A stretch of 64,000 nt of DNA from Nitrospirota bacterium (GCA_963754875.1 CAVWHO010000001.1:1-64000); one strand, 5' to 3'; numbered from the stretch's first letter, positions 1 through 10,979 are shown. Made by a program: numbers and translations. The notes: a model not told the origin generated them from the sequence alone.

Positions 1-107
1 TGCCGGTGAAGGACATGCGCCATGTCCCGGCACCAAAACCTGCATATGCCTATGAAGATGAGTGTTTTGAAGTATCTCGATAACCTTTCAACGATCCGGA
101 GGATAGC

Positions 108-2282
108 ATGAACAAGATGGTTAACATGGAAATTGACGGCAAGGTTGTATCTGTTCCCGAGGGAATGACCCTGGTGGATGCTGCAGCAACCGTGGGTGTG
201 CACATCCCGAACCTGTGCCACATCAAGGAACTGCGCGGTGTGGGCGCCTGCCGGATGTGCATGGTGGAGATCGAGGGTATGAAGACCCCCGTGACGGGCT
301 GCACGACCCGGACCAAGGAAGGCATGAAGGTCCAGACCAGGACGCCCAAGGTTGAGGAGATCAGGAAGTTCGTGACCGATCTGGTGCTTTCCTTCCATCC
401 TCTGGACTGTATGACCTGTCCCAAGGCGGGCAGTTGCGATCTTCAGCGCTACGCCGCAGACCTCGGCATCCGTGAGTCGTCCTTCGGCCGCAAGAGCTTC
501 AATTATGAGCTGAACGACCGGAGCCCCTTCATTACGATCGATAACAACTATTGCGTCCTTTGCGGCCGGTGCGTCCGGGTCTGCAAGGAGCAGGGCACGA
601 ACGTACTCGATTTCATGGGACGCGGCATAACGACCAAGGTTTCGACGGCGCTGGGCAAACCGCTCCACGAGTCCGGCTGCACCTTCTGCGGGTCCTGCCT
701 GGACGCCTGTCCGGTGAATTCGATCATGGAACATGACCGGTGGCAGCATGGCCGGGAGTGGGACCTCGCGAAGCAGGACTCGGTCTGTACTGTCTGCGGT
801 TCCGCCTGCAGCGTGGTTACCGGCAGCAAAGAAGGCAAGATCGTGAAGGTGAACGCCAAGGAAGACAATGGCTACATCTGCGCCATCGGACGTTTCGGCT
901 TCGAGGCACTCCATGCAGCAAACCGCATCATCACGCCGATGAAGAAGCAGGGAGACAAACTCGTGCCCACGACCTGGGAAGAGGCCGTCACAATCGCGGC
1001 CGATGCACTGAAAAAGGCGGGCAGTGACGCAGGCTTTATCGCCGCGGGATCGCTTACGAACGAAGAAGCATTCGCCGTGCAGGAACTTGCCCGGGAAGTT
1101 ACAGGAAGCGCAAACATCGACACGCCGGCCTCTGCATATGCAGAGGGGTTGATCTCGGCGCTTCGTTCGACGTTCGGTGATGGCGGCGCGGGTATCGCTG
1201 CCCAGGCTGACCTCAAGTCTGCGGACCTGGTTGTCCTGATCGGCGCCGACCCGTCTCAGAAAAAGCAGGCCCTCCAGGAAGTGGATGTCATGATCCGCAG
1301 ACGGGCGCAGGCAGGGGCCAAGATCATCGTCGTGAACCCCGATCGGATCGAACTGGCTTCCCATCAGAACGCAATGCATCTTCAGCTCAAAGCAGGGACC
1401 GATTCCGCCCTCCTTGCCGGGCTCATGAGCGCCGTGCTTGCAGAGGGGGCGGTTTCTTCAGCCAAAGGGATGGATGCCCTGAAAAAATCACTCGTCACGG
1501 TTGATGCTGCCGCGTCGGAATCCGGTGTGTCAATAGAGTCGATTTCGAATGCCGCAAAAGCTTTTGCGACAGCTCAGCATGCAGTGGTGGTAATCGGGTC
1601 AGGTATCGCAGCAAATGGGGAGGCATCACAGCAGGCCCTGAACCTGGCGCTCTTGAAAAACGCAGGTATTTTGCCGCTGATGCTTGAAGCGAACGCCCTG
1701 GGAGTGCTCCGCATGGGATGCATGCCTGATCAAGGGCCGGGTGCAGCTAAAGTGAAAAAAACCGGCAAAAACTACCGGGACATGAAATCCGGTATGAAAG
1801 CACTCCATCTTGTCGGTAGTATGGCTCATACGGACTTCAAGTCCGACTTTTTAATCGTCCAGGCAAGCCATATGACACCTCTCGCGGAAAAAGCGGATAT
1901 AGTCCTTCCCATGGCTGCTTTCTACGAAAAGCATGGTACCATTGTGAATACCTATGGCACGATGAAGACCGTTGCCCGGGCTCAGCAGCCTGCAGAACAG
2001 GTGAAAGACGGGATTGCGATAACTTTGGAAATATCAGCTGCCATGAGCAAGACAAAAGTGCTTGAGGAGAAAGACATCATTACTGCCGTTAAAAAAGTGA
2101 AGGCCGGGAAAATAACTGCCGGCTCATTTAATCCGGTAAAAGCCGGGTCAACCATGCCCTACGGCATCTCGAGCACAGTGCTCCTTGCCACCATGCATCA
2201 AGGCCTGCTTTCGCGTTCAGCAGTAGCCCAAGTCATGGTCGTGAACGAAGGGGCATTTCAGAGGTCGGATACAAGAAAGTAA
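108..2282 (+). CDS. NuoG/SfrA/FdhA-like Fe-S oxidoreductase subunit (2Fe-2S + 4Fe-4S clusters, molybdopterin-oxidoreductase fold, apparently no Mo ligand)
   Basis: Motifs IPNLC..GACRMC..GC, HPLDCMTCPKAGSC, CVLCGRCVRVC, CTFCGSCLDACP, CTVCGSAC..ICAIG. The formate dehydrogenase NID.CARxC position reads NIDTPASAY (no Cys/Sec). RBS GGAGG upstream. Confidence 0.85.
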   Translation: MNKMVNMEIDGKVVSVPEGMTLVDAAATVGVHIPNLCHIKELRGVGACRMCMVEIEGMKTPVTGCTTRTKEGMKVQTRTPKVEEIRKFVTDLVLSFHPLDCMTCPKAGSCDLQRYAADLGIRESSFGRKSFNYELNDRSPFITIDNNYCVLCGRCVRVCKEQGTNVLDFMGRGITTKVSTALGKPLHESGCTFCGSCLDACPVNSIMEHDRWQHGREWDLAKQDSVCTVCGSACSVVTGSKEGKIVKVNAKEDNGYICAIGRFGFEALHAANRIITPMKKQGDKLVPTTWEEAVTIAADALKKAGSDAGFIAAGSLTNEEAFAVQELAREVTGSANIDTPASAYAEGLISALRSTFGDGGAGIAAQADLKSADLVVLIGADPSQKKQALQEVDVMIRRRAQAGAKIIVVNPDRIELASHQNAMHLQLKAGTDSALLAGLMSAVLAEGAVSSAKGMDALKKSLVTVDAAASESGVSIESISNAAKAFATAQHAVVVIGSGIAANGEASQQALNLALLKNAGILPLMLEANALGVLRMGCMPDQGPGAAKVKKTGKNYRDMKSGMKALHLVGSMAHTDFKSDFLIVQASHMTPLAEKADIVLPMAAFYEKHGTIVNTYGTMKTVARAQQPAEQVKDGIAITLEISAAMSKTKVLEEKDIITAVKKVKAGKITAGSFNPVKAGSTMPYGISSTVLLATMHQGLLSRSAVAQVMVVNEGAFQRSDTRK

Positions 2283-2444
2283 CTAAAATTACCGTATACA
2301 TACTTTCCCTATCCATAGATATGCAGGTGGGGATAAAAAACGTAACTTCTAGTAGCAATTTTTTTTAAATTTTTGTATAATGCCGTCTGGCTTAAAAATC
2401 CAGGGGGCCCCCGCCTCCTTTTTGAGAGGAGTTTTAAAGCGATT

Positions 2445-4434
2445 ATGGAGAAGAAAGAGAATCTAAAATCGGTTGACCCTGCTGCGCAAGTTTTGTTGAA
2501 GACGGCCGCAGACAAGGGCTACAAGACGGCGTTTGATCGTGCCGAAAAGATGAAGCAATGCCCCATCGGCCACTCGGGCGCCTGTTGCAAGATGTGCCAC
2601 ATGGGCCCCTGCCGCCTGACGGGAAAAGAAGAGGAGGCTGAAGGGGTATGCGGCGCAACGCTGCCGGTTGTTGCTGCGAGAAATTTTGCCCGGATGGTTG
2701 CAGGCGGTACGGCGGCGCATTCGGACCATGCAAGAGACCTCGCCAACACCCTCCTGGCAGTAGCACGCGGGGAAGCCAAGGATTTCCAGATCAAGGACGT
2801 ACGCAAACTGAACCGCGTAGCGGGGGACCTCGGTATCGATGTTGAAGGCAAATCAACGAATGAGGTCGCCGAAAAAGTTGCACTCAAGTATCTCGAACAG
2901 TTCGGACAGCAGCGGGGTGAACTCGCGTACTTGTCCCGGGCTCCCAAAAAAACGCCAGGAAATATGGAAAAAGCTCGGTATCGCCCCGCGCGCGATCGAC
3001 CGTGAAGTCGTTGAGATGATGCACCGGACAACGATGGGCGTTGACCAGGAACCGAACAATATCATGCTCGGCGCCATGCGTACAGCACTCGCCGACGGAT
3101 GGGGCGGTTCGATGATGGGCACCGACATTGCGGACATTCTCTTCGGCACGCCCAAGCCGGTCAAGGCCCGGGCAAGTCTCGATGTGTTCAAGAAGGATTA
3201 TGTGAACGTCGTGGTACATGGTCATGAACCATCCTTTGCCGAGATGCTCGTGGTTGCCACGGAAGACCCCGAGATGATCGCCTATGCAAAATCCAAGGGC
3301 GCCAAGGGGCTGAACCTCGTCGGGATGTGCTGCACCGCGAACGAGATCCTCGTGCGTCACGGCATCGCCACTGCCGGCGGCTTCCTTCAGCAGGAACTGG
3401 GCCTGATCACGGGCATGGTCGAGGCCATGGTAGTGGACGTGCAGTGTATCATGCCGGCCATCTCCCAACTCGCGAAACATTATCATACCAAGATCATCAC
3501 GACAACACCCAAGGGCAAAATGATGGACGCGGTCCATATTGAATATGATGAGCACCATGGACTGGATATCGCCAAGAAGGTCGTCCGTCTTGCGGCGGAT
3601 AATTACCCGAACCGCAAACAATCAGAAGTCGCTCCCGCGAACGTCCAGGTTCACGATGCGATCGCCGGGTTTTCCGACGAGTACATTGAGTACATGCAGG
3701 GCGGGCAGTACCGGGCTTCCTACCGGCCGCTGAATGACGCCATTATCGCCGGCCGTATCCGCGGCGTCGTGGGCCTCGCCGGCTGCAACAACCCCAGGAT
3801 CACCCAGGACAGTCTGCATAATTTCTTGACCCGCGAGCTTATCAAAAGAGACGTGCTCGTGGTCCAGACCGGCTGCTCGGCGCACGCTTCCGCCAAAGCA
3901 GGGTATATGACTGCGGAGAACGCGATTGAAAACGCAGGCCCCGGCCTTCGCGAAGTCTGCGAGGCCATCGGCATCCCGCCCGTGCTTCACCTGGGCTCCT
4001 GCGTAGACAACTCGCGTATTCTGACGATTGCGTCTAAAATCGCCAACGAAGGCGGTCTCGGCGACGATATCGGCGGTCTCCCGGCAGTGGGTATCGCGCC
4101 GGAATGGATGAGCGAAAAAGCCATCGCCATCGGCTTATATTTTGCTGCTTCCGGAGTACCGATCATCTTCGGCGCCAGTTCACCGGTCAGCGCCAGCAAG
4201 GTCATGAAGGACATGATGGAGAACAAGTGGTGGGAAATGCTGGGCGCGGGGTTCTACTTCGAAGAAGATGGGGCAAAGATCCTGGAACTGGCCCTCAAGC
4301 TCATCGATACCGCGCGGGATAAACTGAAAATTCGCAAGTACGAGCAGGGAGCATTTGGCGGCGAGCGCGTGCTTATGGATATGGCGGCCCGCCGTGCCTC
4401 GTCTTTCGCCACGCCTCACGGCGAACAAGTCTAG
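2445..4434 (+). CDS. cooS: Anaerobic Ni-carbon monoxide dehydrogenase catalytic subunit (CooS/AcsA), with one +1 frameshift in an A7 run at 2946-2952
   Basis: CPIGHSGACCKMCHMGPC, GVCGA and HSDHARD in ORF 2373..3005; HGHEP, GMCCT, VDVQC, AGCNN, TGCSA, GSCVD and SEKA in ORF 2839..4434. Removing one A joins the two frames (APKKRQEIWKK). Confidence 0.92.
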
Positions 4435-4457
4435 GGACATTTCTGTAGGGAAACTCA

Positions 4458-4490
4458 AGGGAGAGGCTTTCGAGCCTCTCCTTTTTTTTT
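4458..4490 (+). terminator. Rho-independent terminator after CODH
   Basis: GGAGAGGCT-TTCG-AGCCTCTCC followed by a T9 tract. Confidence 0.85.
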
Positions 4491-4564
4491 GCCCTGCGCC
4501 CGATAATGCCGCAATTAAACTTCATGTTGCATTATCGTCCCGCCTGATTTATAATCTGCCCCGA

Positions 4565-4640
4565 AAGACAGAAGACAGATACAACACCGCCTGGTGTTGC
4601 CTCCGTCTGGTCTCTGATAGCCTGTCACCTGTCATCTGAA
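4565..4640. repeat. Degenerate heptamer-periodic inverted repeat element
   Basis: AAGACAG AAGACAG ... CCTGTCA CCTGTCA TCTG around an internal CAACACC/GGTGTTG hairpin. Confidence 0.5.
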
Positions 4641-4656
4641 GAGTTGGAGGTCAATT

Positions 4657-6552
4657 TTGGCAGCGACATATACTGCAAAAGATATCACTGTACTCGAAGG
4701 GCTTGAGCCGGTCCGCAAACGGCCGGCCATGTACATCGGTTCAACGGATGCGCGCGGGCTGCATCACCTCGTCTGGGAGGTGCTCGACAACGCGGTCGAT
4801 GAAGCTCTGAATGGATACTGCACGGCCATTACGGTCAGGATCGAGAAGGACGGCGGAGTGACGGTGACGGACAACGGACGCGGCATTCCGGTGGACATCC
4901 ACCCCAAGACCAAACGACCAGCTATCGAGACAATTCTCTGCACGCTCCACGCAGGCGGTAAATTCGACCACACGGCATATAAATCTTCCGGAGGTCTCCA
5001 CGGAGTCGGCGCGTCAGTCGTGAACGCCCTTGCCGAGGTCTTCGTTGCCACGGTCTGGCGGGACGGCTACGAATGGACGCAGGAGTTTTCACGGGGCAAA
5101 CCCAAGGGCAATCTCAAGAAGGGGAAACCGACCAAGGCGCACGGGACCCAGATTTATTTTTTGCCTGATACCGACATCTTCTCCAAAACTCACTTCAACT
5201 ACAAAAACATCGTCGATGTGAGCGAAAGCAAGGCGTTCCTGAACAAGGGGCTCAAAATCACGATCGAGAACGAACGCGACAAGGAGAAGCCGGTCACGTT
5301 CAAGTACGACAACGGCATCCAGGACTACATCAAGCGGATTGTCTCGGGGACCACGGTCGTGAACCCCGAGCCGTTCTACTTTGAGAAAGAGGACGATTTC
5401 AAGATCGAGTGCGCCATGCACTGGACCCTTGCCACGGACATGGAAATCCACTCCTACGCCAACTCGATCAACACTTCGGACGGCGGGACGCACGAACTGG
5501 CGGTCAGGGCAGGGCTCACCAAGGCAGTGCGCGCCTATGCAGAGCGCAAGAACCTGGTTCCGAAAAACATCAAGACGATTGCACCCGAGGATGTGTACGA
5601 GGGCCTCTACGGCATCGTGAGTATCTTGGTCAAGAACCCCCAGTTCCAGGGCCAGACGAAGGAAAAACTCAATAACCCTGAGATCTCCTCACCCATCGAG
5701 GCTTCGGTCAAGAACGCCTGCGAGGCCTACTTGCTCGCGAACCCGACCATGTCCGATGCCGTCGTGAAACGCGTGCTTTTGGCTGCCGAGGCGCGTATGG
5801 CATCGCGCGCCGCCAAGGACAACGTCACCCGGAAGCTGTCATCGCTCAAGCTCAACCTGCCGGGGAAGCTCGCCGACTGCTCGTCCAACAAAGTGGAAGA
5901 GACGGAAGTCTTTGTTGTGGAAGGAGACTCGGCAGGTGGGTCCGCCAAGATGGCCCGGGACAGAAAGACACAGGCCGTTCTATCGCTCCGGGGTAAAATC
6001 CTGAACGTGGAACAGGTCTCGTCCCTCGAAAAGATCCAGACTAATAATGAGATCAAAAACCTGCTCGCCACGCTCGGCTGCGGCGTGGGGGCCCACTTCG
6101 ACCTCGGCAAATTGCGGTACGACCGCGTGATTCTCATGACCGATGCGGACGTGGATGGCGCGCACATCAGCGTGCTGCTCCTTACCTTCATCTACCGATA
6201 TATGCCGGAACTCATCAACCACGGGCACGTGTACCTCGCCATGCCGCCGCTCTTTAAGATCGAGGCGGGCAAAGAGGTTTTTTATGCAATGGATGAGATG
6301 GAGAAGGAGAAGATTCTCGCCAAACTGAACGGGAAAAAGTATGAGGTGGGACGTTTCAAGGGTCTCGGAGAAATGAATCCCGAAACACTTAAAGAGACGA
6401 CTATGAACCCCAAGACCCGCACGCTGATGAAGGTACAGGTCGTAGACCATAAGGCCACCGGCGATGTTTTCGAGCGGCTCATGGGAAAAGATCCGAAAGC
6501 GCGCTTCGTCTTCATCAAGGAACGGGCGGAGTTCGCGGAATTGGACATCTGA
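4657..6552 (+). CDS. Type IIA DNA topoisomerase subunit B (ParE-like or short GyrB)
   Basis: LEGLEPVRKRPAMYIG, EVLDNAVDE, DNGRGIP, GGLHGVGASVVNAL, EGDSAGG, LRGKILN, DADVDGAHI, RFKGLGEM; TTG start after GGAGG. Confidence 0.93.
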   Translation: MAATYTAKDITVLEGLEPVRKRPAMYIGSTDARGLHHLVWEVLDNAVDEALNGYCTAITVRIEKDGGVTVTDNGRGIPVDIHPKTKRPAIETILCTLHAGGKFDHTAYKSSGGLHGVGASVVNALAEVFVATVWRDGYEWTQEFSRGKPKGNLKKGKPTKAHGTQIYFLPDTDIFSKTHFNYKNIVDVSESKAFLNKGLKITIENERDKEKPVTFKYDNGIQDYIKRIVSGTTVVNPEPFYFEKEDDFKIECAMHWTLATDMEIHSYANSINTSDGGTHELAVRAGLTKAVRAYAERKNLVPKNIKTIAPEDVYEGLYGIVSILVKNPQFQGQTKEKLNNPEISSPIEASVKNACEAYLLANPTMSDAVVKRVLLAAEARMASRAAKDNVTRKLSSLKLNLPGKLADCSSNKVEETEVFVVEGDSAGGSAKMARDRKTQAVLSLRGKILNVEQVSSLEKIQTNNEIKNLLATLGCGVGAHFDLGKLRYDRVILMTDADVDGAHISVLLLTFIYRYMPELINHGHVYLAMPPLFKIEAGKEVFYAMDEMEKEKILAKLNGKKYEVGRFKGLGEMNPETLKETTMNPKTRTLMKVQVVDHKATGDVFERLMGKDPKARFVFIKERAEFAELDI

Positions 6553-6810
6553 ACAATGAGTAGAGAGGGAACGCCGATGCACTGTGCGTTGGTCGCAAGC
6601 AGCAGATCGCGCAGCGCTTGGCTTCAGCCTGAGAGATGGGTCGCTGGTGCAGGACGTCTGCTTCAAGAGAAACAGGTAGAAGTCACGGGCACAGAACCAG
6701 CTTCCTCGTTTCAGTGGCATTCAACTGAGGGAGGTATGCCCGCTCTATTTTCTCCGATATCATCCGATAAGTAGTATCGGACAATGAATCGCGGATTGCC
6801 GCGAAAGGAT

Positions 6811-8604
6811 ATGGCCCCTGTGCCCAAAAGAATAGTCCTTAAACTCCGCTCTTCCATGAGCGTCAAGATTGCCCTCATCGTCAGCCTGCCAGTCGTTATC
6901 GTCAACTCATTTTTTGCTTTTCATAATTATGTTCATGAACGCGATACGTTCTTCCAAAACTCGCAAATACAGCTTTTGCGTATCGGCGAGGATATGAAAA
7001 AGCCCGCAGAGTCGGCTCTTCAGAAAAATGATTCAGCAGCACTCCAGCGGATGATCGTTGAGAGGGCCGCCGAGCCGGATATCGAGAGCATCGTGCTGTT
7101 TAAAAAAAACGGTCAGGTGGCGGCTAGCAATAAAAAGACGTGGATCGGCAAAGAACCTTCCGCATGGGATAACGGAGACATGAGCAAGGACGACATCGCT
7201 GCGATCGAGAAGGCCTTAGGGGGAGGCTATTCCGTGTATTATGATCCGCTCGATGAGCTCTATTGCCTCGTGCTGCCCATAAATACGGACAGAGGAACCG
7301 CAGGCGCCCTCTTCATCAGCCTGAACATCAGTTCGGTCAATTCCGAGATCAGAAAGCGGGGTCTGGCAAATTTGGGTATCGCCGGCATCGTTTCCGTCCT
7401 GATCGGCTTTTCCATTTATATTCTTTTTCATTCCCTTTTTACGAGGCGCATCAAGTCCGTTTCCACTGCCGCGGTCAGGCTTGCCACCGGCGACTTGGCG
7501 GTAAGGGCCGAGGAGAAAGGAACCGACGAGATAGGCTATCTCGCCACTTCGTTCAATGTGCTGGCTGACGAAATAACGAACTGGCGGAGCAACCTTGAAA
7601 AACTCGCAGCAAACAGGGTTAAAGAACTCACGGTCCTGTTCGATGTGGTCGATACCATCAGCAAGTCCCTCGATCTGGACAAGGTGCTGCCGAACGTACT
7701 CGAGCGGGTGCTTGACAGCATGGGCGTGGGAAAGGGAACAATCGTCCTGCTCGGTCATGACAGCAAAACGCTCTTGCTGAGAGGCCATCGGGGCTTGTCC
7801 GATGAATCGCTCTGCCAGGTCGTTGATAAGGGGCAGGGGTGCGTAGGGGACGTGATCCTGAAGAACAGCCCCATCAGGGTTTCGGGTGGAGACGATGAGG
7901 AATCTGCGCCGGTGCCGGGGCTGGACCGGGAAAACGTATGGTCAGCCCTGGTCGTACCGATACGGGCCAGGGGCGGAGTGCTCGGCGCCCTTGCCGTGTA
8001 CGGCGAGAAAAAAGATCAGTTCACCGACGAGGATGAAGCCCTGCTGGAGACGATCGGCAGTCAAGTTGGCGTGGCCGTTGAAAACGCCAGGTTATACGAA
8101 AAGACTCTGGAGCTCGCCCAGGTGGACGGTCTGACCGGACTGGCCAACCGGCGCCACTTAATGGAACGTCTGAAGCAGGAAAGAGACCGGGCAGAGCGGT
8201 ATCATACATCGCTTTCCGTTATTATTCTCGATCTTGACAAGTTCAAGTCCTTCAATGACACGTACGGACATTTACAAGGGGACGAACTGCTGAAAGCGTT
8301 TTCCTCGATGCTCAACAACCAGATCCGATCAGCGGATATTGCGGGCCGGTATGGCGGAGAAGAATTCTGTGTCGTGCTGCCGAACACTTCAATCAAAGGT
8401 GCGCTTGTCATTGCCGAGCGTATCCGAAAAGTCACGGCTGATATCAAAATACCCGTCGGCGACGGACGACCTCCCGCCGGTGGGACCGTAAGCATAGGAG
8501 TTGCCGAGTTTATGGGTGACGAGTCGGTGGAGAAAATACTGAATGCGGCCGACTCTGCACTGTACCGCGCCAAGGAAGACGGTAGAAACAAAGTAGCGTG
8601 GTAG
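6811..8604 (+). CDS. Membrane diguanylate cyclase (sensor domain-HAMP-GAF-GGDEF)
   Basis: Two TM segments, HAMP (DEIGYLATSFN), GAF, DLDKFKSFNDTYGH, RSAD I-site and RYGGEEF active site; start could be 6784. Confidence 0.92.
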   Translation: MAPVPKRIVLKLRSSMSVKIALIVSLPVVIVNSFFAFHNYVHERDTFFQNSQIQLLRIGEDMKKPAESALQKNDSAALQRMIVERAAEPDIESIVLFKKNGQVAASNKKTWIGKEPSAWDNGDMSKDDIAAIEKALGGGYSVYYDPLDELYCLVLPINTDRGTAGALFISLNISSVNSEIRKRGLANLGIAGIVSVLIGFSIYILFHSLFTRRIKSVSTAAVRLATGDLAVRAEEKGTDEIGYLATSFNVLADEITNWRSNLEKLAANRVKELTVLFDVVDTISKSLDLDKVLPNVLERVLDSMGVGKGTIVLLGHDSKTLLLRGHRGLSDESLCQVVDKGQGCVGDVILKNSPIRVSGGDDEESAPVPGLDRENVWSALVVPIRARGGVLGALAVYGEKKDQFTDEDEALLETIGSQVGVAVENARLYEKTLELAQVDGLTGLANRRHLMERLKQERDRAERYHTSLSVIILDLDKFKSFNDTYGHLQGDELLKAFSSMLNNQIRSADIAGRYGGEEFCVVLPNTSIKGALVIAERIRKVTADIKIPVGDGRPPAGGTVSIGVAEFMGDESVEKILNAADSALYRAKEDGRNKVAW

Positions 8605-8744
8605 CAGGCGAATAGGAAGTAGGCTGTCGGAAGTACGCAGGGGACTCTCTGTAGGAAGAACAAGGACGGCAGCTCACGTACGCGGCGAAGTGTCGGGAAG
8701 TGCCTCCCCATAAGGTTTTGCCCCGCCCTCGATAGACATTCTGA

Positions 8745-8774
8745 TTGACACTCCTTGAAACTATCTGGTATAGT
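8745..8774 (+). promoter_or_regulatory. Putative sigma70 promoter of the trp operon
   Basis: TTGACA-N18-TATAGT with an extended -10 TG, 30 bp before trpE. Confidence 0.6.
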
Positions 8775-8804
8775 ACATAATCTTCTTATTTTGCAAGGAG
8801 TTTT

Positions 8805-10292
8805 ATGTTTCAGCCCCCCCTCGAAGAGTTCAAGCAAAAGGCGAAAAAAGGCAATCTCATCCCGGTGTACCGCGAGATCCTGGCGGACAGGGAAACACCG
8901 GTATCCGCTTTCCTGAAAATCGATGACAAACGCCATTCTTTTCTGCTCGAAAGCATGGAGGGCGGAGAAAAGTGGGCGCGCTATTCGTTTCTCGGCAGCC
9001 GCCCGTCGGTCATCGTTAAAAGTTACGGCAGGTCCGTCGAGATCACGAGGGACGGGAAGACGGCAAAGCATTCATTCGAATACGATCCGTTAGAGGTAAT
9101 AAAGAAAATTCTCTCGGCGTACAAACCGGTACCCGATCCGTCGTTGCCGCGGTTCTTTGGCGGCGCTGTCGGTTTTATGGGATACGATGTCGTTCGGTTC
9201 TTCGAGGAACTCCCGGCCCGTGAGAAAGAAGGTCTGAACCTCCCCGACGTTTTTTTCATGATCACCGACACGCTCGTCATCTTCGACAATGTGACCCATA
9301 TGATCAAGGTCGTATCGAACGCCCACGTCAAGGGTCGGTCGGCAGAGGCCGCGTACAGGGAAGCGACGAAGAAGGTCAATGCGCTCGTGAAAAAGCTGAA
9401 GAGCGGGGTCAAGGGGACAAGGGCAAAGCTCAAGGGGAAACCGAAAACAAAAGAGCATGAGCTTACTTCGAATTTTACCCAGCCTCAGTATGAGCAGGCC
9501 GTACTTAAGGCCAAGGAATTCATCAAGGCCGGCGACATCTTCCAGGTCGTGCCGTCGCAGCGGTTCGAGACGAAGATTACCATCGAACCTTTCGAGATTT
9601 ACCGTGCACTGCGGCTTATCAACCCTTCTCCTTATATGTATTTCCTGCGCTGCGGTGATGCGACCGTTGTAGGTGCTTCCCCGGAAGTCATGGTCCGGCT
9701 CGAAGGAGACCGGATCGACCTCAGGCCGATCGCCGGCACGAGAAGGCGCGGGACTTCCGAAGAAGAGGACAACACTCTTGCCGAAGAACTGCTTGCCGAT
9801 CCCAAGGAGCGGGCAGAACATATCATGCTCGTGGACCTCGGCAGGAACGATGTGGGACGGGTGAGCGAGCCGGGCAGCGTTCATGTATCCGAACTCATGG
9901 TAATCGAGCGTTATTCCCACGTGATGCACATCGTATCGAATGTGCGTGGAAGACTGTCGGGCAAACGGGACGCTTACGACGTAATCCGGGCATGTTTCCC
10001 GGCGGGTACGGTCTCGGGCGCGCCCAAGATCAGGGCCATGGAGATCATCGACGAGCTTGAGCCCACGCGGCGGGGTCCTTACGCAGGCGCGGTCGGGTAC
10101 TTCGGCTTTTCGGGCAACATGGACACCTGCATCACGATCCGTACGCTCGTCATCAAAAACCGCACAGCCTATATCCAGGCAGGCGGCGGCGTGGTTGCGG
10201 ACAGTGACCCCGCGGCCGAGTACCAGGAGACGATGAACAAGGCCAAGGCCATGTTGCGCGCCGTGGAAATGGCGGAAAAGGGATTAGATTAA
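8805..10292 (+). CDS. trpE: Anthranilate synthase component I
   Basis: FLLES, GDIFQVV, NPSPYM, PIAGTR, EHIMLVDLGRND, FPAGTVSGAPK. Confidence 0.97.
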   Translation: MFQPPLEEFKQKAKKGNLIPVYREILADRETPVSAFLKIDDKRHSFLLESMEGGEKWARYSFLGSRPSVIVKSYGRSVEITRDGKTAKHSFEYDPLEVIKKILSAYKPVPDPSLPRFFGGAVGFMGYDVVRFFEELPAREKEGLNLPDVFFMITDTLVIFDNVTHMIKVVSNAHVKGRSAEAAYREATKKVNALVKKLKSGVKGTRAKLKGKPKTKEHELTSNFTQPQYEQAVLKAKEFIKAGDIFQVVPSQRFETKITIEPFEIYRALRLINPSPYMYFLRCGDATVVGASPEVMVRLEGDRIDLRPIAGTRRRGTSEEEDNTLAEELLADPKERAEHIMLVDLGRNDVGRVSEPGSVHVSELMVIERYSHVMHIVSNVRGRLSGKRDAYDVIRACFPAGTVSGAPKIRAMEIIDELEPTRRGPYAGAVGYFGFSGNMDTCITIRTLVIKNRTAYIQAGGGVVADSDPAAEYQETMNKAKAMLRAVEMAEKGLD

Positions 10293-10298
10293 GAAATA

Positions 10299-10400
10299 GT
10301 TCAGAGTTCACAGTTCTGAGTTCAGAGTGAAAATCAAAAATGAGGTTTGCGGGGCTGTTGTGATTTTACTATGAACCTTGAACACTGAACTTTGAACTGC
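10299..10400. repeat. Heptamer-periodic inverted repeat element (trpE-trpG spacer)
   Basis: GTTCAGA GTTCACA GTTCTGA GTTCAGA ... TGAACCT TGAACAC TGAACTT TGAACTG. Confidence 0.85.
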
Positions 10401-10415
10401 ATTTGAGGTTTTTTT

Positions 10416-10979
10416 ATGTTACTAATGATCGACAATTACGATTCTTTCACCTACAACCTGGTCCAGTATCTGGGCGAACTGGGGCAGGACCTGAAGGTGT
10501 ACCGGAACAACAAGATTACGATCCCCGAGATAGAGAAGATGAATCCCGACCGCATCGTCATCTCACCCGGTCCCTGCACGCCCAAGGAGGCCGGTGTCTC
10601 GATCGACGTGATCAAACACTTCGCGGGGAAGGTCCCGATCCTCGGGGTCTGCCTGGGGCACCAGTCCATCGGCGATGCTTTCGGCGGGGACGTGATCCGC
10701 GCGCCTTACCTCATGCACGGCAAAACCTCGATGATCCACCACGACGGCAAAACCATCTTTGCCGGTCTGCCGAACCCCTTCGAAGCGACGCGTTACCATT
10801 CGCTCATCATCAAGCGCGAGACGCTTCCGTCGGTACTCGAAATTTCCGCCTGGACCGAAGACGGTCTTATCATGGGCGTCCGGCATAAACAGTTCAAACT
10901 GGAAGGCGTACAGTTCCATCCCGAGTCGATCCTGACGAATGTGGGAAAGGACCTCCTGAGGAACTTTTTGAAGCTGTGA
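10416..10979 (+). CDS. trpG: Anthranilate synthase component II (glutamine amidotransferase)
   Basis: [31 protein letters not shown]. Confidence 0.97.
   Translation: MLLMIDNYDSFTYNLVQYLGELGQDLKVYRNNKITIPEIEKMNPDRIVISPGPCTPKEAGVSIDVIKHFAGKVPILGVCLGHQSIGDAFGGDVIRAPYLMHGKTSMIHHDGKTIFAGLPNPFEATRYHSLIIKRETLPSVLEISAWTEDGLIMGVRHKQFKLEGVQFHPESILTNVGKDLLRNFLKL

Noticed and set aside
1..83. 3' end of an upstream gene (frame ending TAA at 81-83)
   Set aside because: Too short to assign a frame or product with confidence.
108..2282. Catalytic formate dehydrogenase alpha subunit
   Set aside because: No Cys/Sec-His at the metal-ligand position and no in-frame TGA.
2946..2952. Programmed frameshift or phase variation in cooS
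   Set aside because: One extra A in a homopolymer, in a window with many other indels, is best explained as sequencing error; reads are needed to exclude it fully.
6556..6774. 72-aa ORF or structured RNA after the topoisomerase gene
   Set aside because: No clear RBS or motif, and the hairpins match no RNA family I recognise.
8605..8804. trp attenuator or leader peptide
   Set aside because: No Trp-codon-rich leader or terminator hairpin; the promoter-like site is only 30 bp from trpE.
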